NCBI GenBank assembly: GCA_024102665.1
Contig: JAGFJP010000040.1
Coordinates: forward strand, 1,412 to 65,411
Direction of reading: 5' to 3'
From: Thiogranum sp.
GTDB lineage: Bacteria; Pseudomonadota; Gammaproteobacteria; DSM-19610
Length of the DNA: 64,000 nt
The notes beneath the pieces are model-generated. The model was not told the DNA's origin. It saw only the letters and a list, made by a program, of their open reading frames with translations, and did not search any database. Below are positions 60,836 through 64,000 of the stretch, piece by piece (positions within the stretch are counted from its first letter, which is position 1; each line of letters starts with the position of its first letter). The translations under genes and the position numbers were made by a program.

Positions 60836-61141
60836 GTCTCTGGTGTTGCGACCGGTGGGGTCCTGTCTTGGTTCCGTTATCGGGAGATGCGGTAACCGGG
60901 CTTGTCGGTGGTCCAGCAGCGAAACTTGAGGCTTGCCGCCGGTGTGTCCCGGCGAACTGCAAACAACGTCACAGTAAACGCGAAACATCGCTTCGAAGCT
61001 CTTGAAATCCATCTGCAATCGCTACCCTGAAGACATCGCAGGCCAAAAGTAACATTAAAGTTACTTTTGTGCTATACCGAATCGACCGGCAGCAGCCGCA
61101 GACGCGCCGGGCGCGCAGATTCAGGAGAGAGGAGACACCCG

Positions 61142-61459
61142 ATGGTGCTTACACGGGAATTTCGCGAGCGGGTCGCAGAACGGGCGCAGCGAGACGCGCG
61201 CTACCGTCACGGTTTATTGAGCGGCGCGGTTCAGTCCTTGCTCGACGGCGATCTGGTTCGGGGCAAAGCCCTGCTGCGCGATTACATTAACGCCACGATC
61301 GGTTTCGAGGCGCTCGCCGCGGCCCTCGACAAACACAGCAAAAGCATCCATCGCATGCTGGGACCGAAGGGCAACCCGCGCGCGGCGAACATTTTCGCCA
61401 TCATCAAGGTGTTGCAGGAGATCGACGGCACGCAATTACAGGTCAGGTCCGGCAGGTAG
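61142..61459 (+). CDS. HTH DNA-binding protein, antitoxin-like (HigA/antidote-type)
   Basis: ALLRDYINATIGFEALAAALDKHSKSIHRMLGPKGNPRAANIFAIIKVLQ matches the pattern I recall for antidote proteins that partner RelE/HigB-type toxins. No toxin ORF is adjacent. Confidence 0.55.
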   Translation: MVLTREFRERVAERAQRDARYRHGLLSGAVQSLLDGDLVRGKALLRDYINATIGFEALAAALDKHSKSIHRMLGPKGNPRAANIFAIIKVLQEIDGTQLQVRSGR

Positions 61460-61619
61460 AAACGTCGGCACAACGCCGTCCCGGAGGCGCAACAGCGCGC
61501 TGCGCGGCATCCGGACGCTCCTCTCATGCATTTGCGCCTTCTGTCACCGGGCAGCTGTGCATGGAACGGAGCGCTTTCCAGTTCCCGCAAACGTGTGCAG
61601 GGGATCGGCGGGCCGTCGG

Positions 61620-62606
61620 TCACGGCGCCGCATCCAGCGCCAGCAACTGTTCGGCGTTCTCGATCACCACCCGCTGCTGCCTGCCGTCGATACGGGCGGT
61701 CAGCCAGGGCCGCGCCTCCTCCAGCAGCCGCGGCGCTGCGGTCAGCAACGGCAGATGCAGCGGCATGCGCAGCGTCGAGCCATCACGGCTGATCTGCACC
61801 TCGTGCGCGCCCTCCGCCGATGCACCGCGGATTGCCAGCGCATCCCAATCGATGCGGGCGCCGCCAGCGCTGTGATAGGCAATGGCCTCTGCAAGGGTGT
61901 TCAGCTCGTCAATGACGCGTTTACAAACGCTGCGTTTGTGCAGCAGGTTATTGCTGTCCCGGAATGCGAAGTCGAGACCGTCGCCGCTGCTGCACACCGG
62001 GCCAGCCGCATCGCTGAAACGCCAGTGCGGGTTGGCAGGGGCGGGCGCGCGCGTCGGCAGCGATGCAATGCGCGCATTTCCGGCAAACAATTGTGCACAG
62101 GAATGCAGGTTGCAGAATCGCTCGAGAATACGCTGTTCCAGCGCCGCCTGGCGGTCCGTTCTGGGGCCGCTGACCACCACCGGTTCGCCGTCGATCACCA
62201 GGTACAGGCTATGTTCCGGGCTGACGTCGATGTGGACCGCGGTGAGGGATGTGACCGATTCTGCCAGCGTTGCCAGGTGCGTCGCCAGTCGGTCGACTGC
62301 ATCGGCCCAGCGCTGCAGTTCGCGGTCGGCCGTATGATGTTGCTGGTCCCCGCGCGCCTTCAGCGCTTCCTGCGCATAAGCCGTGGCCAGTTCGTCGAGC
62401 GCGATACCGGCGAGGTCGGCGCGCAGCTCGGCCGCTGCCCCCTGCAACTGGGTCGCCACCGCGTTCAGTTGCCAGGGCAGGACTCCGGGATCAACGGCCG
62501 GTGCCTGCGGTGCGGCGGCGCCGACAGGCGCAATTCCGGGAGACAGGGCTGCGGCCAGCAGGTATCCCGAAAGGCGGCGGCCAAATGCTGTCAGGTTGAA
62601 ATTCAC
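61620..62606 (-). CDS. secreted hypothetical protein
   Basis: GTG start and signal-peptide-like N-terminus. Realistic composition, whereas the overlapping plus-strand ORF (61557..) is Arg-rich antisense-type. Confidence 0.55.
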   Translation of the reverse strand: MNFNLTAFGRRLSGYLLAAALSPGIAPVGAAAPQAPAVDPGVLPWQLNAVATQLQGAAAELRADLAGIALDELATAYAQEALKARGDQQHHTADRELQRWADAVDRLATHLATLAESVTSLTAVHIDVSPEHSLYLVIDGEPVVVSGPRTDRQAALEQRILERFCNLHSCAQLFAGNARIASLPTRAPAPANPHWRFSDAAGPVCSSGDGLDFAFRDSNNLLHKRSVCKRVIDELNTLAEAIAYHSAGGARIDWDALAIRGASAEGAHEVQISRDGSTLRMPLHLPLLTAAPRLLEEARPWLTARIDGRQQRVVIENAEQLLALDAAP

Positions 62607-62747
62607 GCTGGCGTCACCTCTTCGCCGCAGCGTTGGCGTCGACTGCGGCCGCCATCAGTTTGCACCGCCCGGTGCCGGCGTTGGAGTCGCGCAACGTCGT
62701 TGGTTAAACTGGCTGCCGGGCAATTCCGACAGCAACAGGTTGCGGGC

Positions 62748-63269
62748 ATGGATCGGGAAAACAACGCTATAAGCCGGGTTCGCGCCGATATGCGCCGGTT
62801 CCGCGCCAGTGTCGACAACCTGCTGCTTGCCACCGTTTCACCGGACGGTGTCCCCGAAGCCAGCGCTGCGCCCGCCATTGCCGGCGACAGCGGTGAGTTC
62901 TACATCTACATTAGCAGGCTGGCGCGGCATACCGCGAACCTCGAGGCGCATCCACAGGCGGGAGTGCTGCTGATCGAACCGGTCGACGCCGCAGCCAACG
63001 CCTTCGCGCGCCAGCGCCTGAGTTATCAATGCAAGGCGACGCTGGTGCCGCGCGATACCGTCACTTTCAATCTCACTATGCAGCGATTCACGGAGCGTTT
63101 CGGTGACATTGTCGCTACGCTGCGGAATCTGCCCGACTTCCAGCTGGTCCGCCTGACGCCGGTGAGCGGCACTTATGTGCGGGGTTTCGGTCAGGCGTGG
63201 CGGCTCACCGGACCCGGGCTGCATGAAATCGAGCACATCGGCTCACCGGCAAAGCCGCAACCGACCTGA
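62748..63269 (+). CDS. pyridoxamine 5'-phosphate oxidase-fold / HugZ-like protein
   Basis: LLLATVSPDGVPEASAAP ... FYIYISRLARHTANL ... QRLSYQCKA. The start could instead be at 62790. Confidence 0.55.
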   Translation: MDRENNAISRVRADMRRFRASVDNLLLATVSPDGVPEASAAPAIAGDSGEFYIYISRLARHTANLEAHPQAGVLLIEPVDAAANAFARQRLSYQCKATLVPRDTVTFNLTMQRFTERFGDIVATLRNLPDFQLVRLTPVSGTYVRGFGQAWRLTGPGLHEIEHIGSPAKPQPT

Positions 63270-63368
63270 TCCGCTGTCGCAGCGTCGTACACTATAATTT
63301 CATCAGACCGGTGTCTTTTGTTCGCTGATTATCTGTGCGCCGCGGTTTACCCGGCAAGGAGTTGGAAC

Positions 63369-63836
63369 ATGGCAGTTGCAGAGACTGTAAAACGTTTTCT
63401 CGACCAGCAGGCGATACGTTATGAACTGGTTCCGCATCCGCATACCGGTTCCAGCCACGAAACGGCGAAAGCCGCTCATGTTCCCGAGGACCATATCGCC
63501 AAGGGCGTGGTGGTCAAGGACCAGATCGGTTACGCGCTTGTGGTGATCCCGGCTGACAACCGGCTCGAAATGGAACATTTGCGCAAACAGCTCAATCGTG
63601 ATCTGCAGCTGGCCAGCGAACCCGAGATCGGCAAACTGTTCAGCGATTGCGAAATCGGGGCGGTGCCGCCGCTGGGTGTTGCCTACGGTGTGGAGACTTT
63701 CCTGGACGATTCACTGACGAGTCTCGCCAATCTGTATTTCGAGGCCGGCGACCATGATCAGCTGATTCATGTCAATGCCGATGATTTCGCGACACTGCTG
63801 GCCGGTGTCCGCCACGGCCACTACAGTCACCATTAA
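63369..63836 (+). CDS. YbaK/EbsC-family aminoacyl-tRNA deacylase-like protein
   Basis: AAGGAG upstream of the ATG. HIAKGVVVKD ... VVIPADNRLEMEHL ... GAVPPLG. Confidence 0.7.
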   Translation: MAVAETVKRFLDQQAIRYELVPHPHTGSSHETAKAAHVPEDHIAKGVVVKDQIGYALVVIPADNRLEMEHLRKQLNRDLQLASEPEIGKLFSDCEIGAVPPLGVAYGVETFLDDSLTSLANLYFEAGDHDQLIHVNADDFATLLAGVRHGHYSHH

Positions 63837-64000
63837 TCCACGATTCGCGCCGCGATGCCGCACCTGCGGGTCGTCGTAGTACGGCGGTCAGAATGCGGGG
63901 CTGGCGTTCGGGTGCCTTGCGGGATGCGCCACGTCGAAGCTGCGCCGGCAGTCGCCTGCGGGGCGCGATGATAGTAGCATTGGACGCTTGTGCAACGCTG

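Noticed and set aside
61557-62747. 5' two-thirds of the 570-aa plus-strand ORF 61557..63269
   Set aside because: This part is Arg-rich and antisense-like, and overlaps the better minus-strand secreted protein. Only the 3' part (62748-63269, PNPOx-like) was accepted.
63837-64000. Possible 3' end of a minus-strand gene running off the window (stop near 63889)
   Set aside because: Only about 37 codons are visible and there is no recognisable motif, so no call is possible.

Overview
64-kb chromosomal segment from a G+C-rich bacterium (by eye clearly above 60% G+C, not computed). Gene content fits a gammaproteobacterial sulfur oxidiser: a sulfur-globule-protein-like gene, a Prx5-Grx hybrid peroxiredoxin next to oxyR, and typical proteobacterial envelope genes. 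I support about 60 densely packed protein-coding genes. I recognised no rRNA, tRNA, CRISPR array, integrase or transposase. Left to right: (1) the 3' part of a bacterial topoisomerase VI operon (top6B-top6A), followed on the same strand by a MotA/MotB-like stator pair; (2) envelope and stress genes (two MBL-fold proteins, Sgp-like protein, ICMT/MddA-like methyltransferase, HxlR, SlyB-like, MscS, SMR, OYE reductase); (3) tdh-kbl; (4) a cytoplasmic Cache-like orphan, an MltD-like transglycosylase, a methyltransferase, a PAS-GGDEF protein and cspA; (5) a DUF2868-like membrane protein translationally coupled to a membrane-anchored GTPase; (6) dinB, an MFS transporter, Prx5-Grx and oxyR; (7) a CIA30/DUF427/YbaN/PLDc_N cluster; (8) the malQ-treS/mak-glgB alpha-glucan cluster and a Na/Pi transporter, bracketed by three copies of a 55-bp nested palindromic element; (9) a low-GC islet with a VPLPA-CTERM protein; (10) a Tat-exported xanthine-dehydrogenase-family oxidoreductase; (11) a tight co-directional cluster of hypothetical protein, porin, PotD-like binding protein, BCCT transporter and a Ser-to-Arg protease homologue; (12) a desaturase/TetR divergon carrying a MITE-like insertion; (13) a second EF-G; (14) a 1207-aa unassigned cytosolic protein (candidate PPi-type PEPCK) coupled to a small Cys protein; (15) an outer-membrane barrel, an orphan antitoxin-like HTH, and PNPOx-like and YbaK-like genes. 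The best candidates for undescribed biology are the topo VI + stator adjacency, the DUF2868/GTPase pair, the porin-SBP-BCCT module, the 1207-aa protein and the palindromic repeat families. All functional calls come from motif recognition by eye; no database search was possible.
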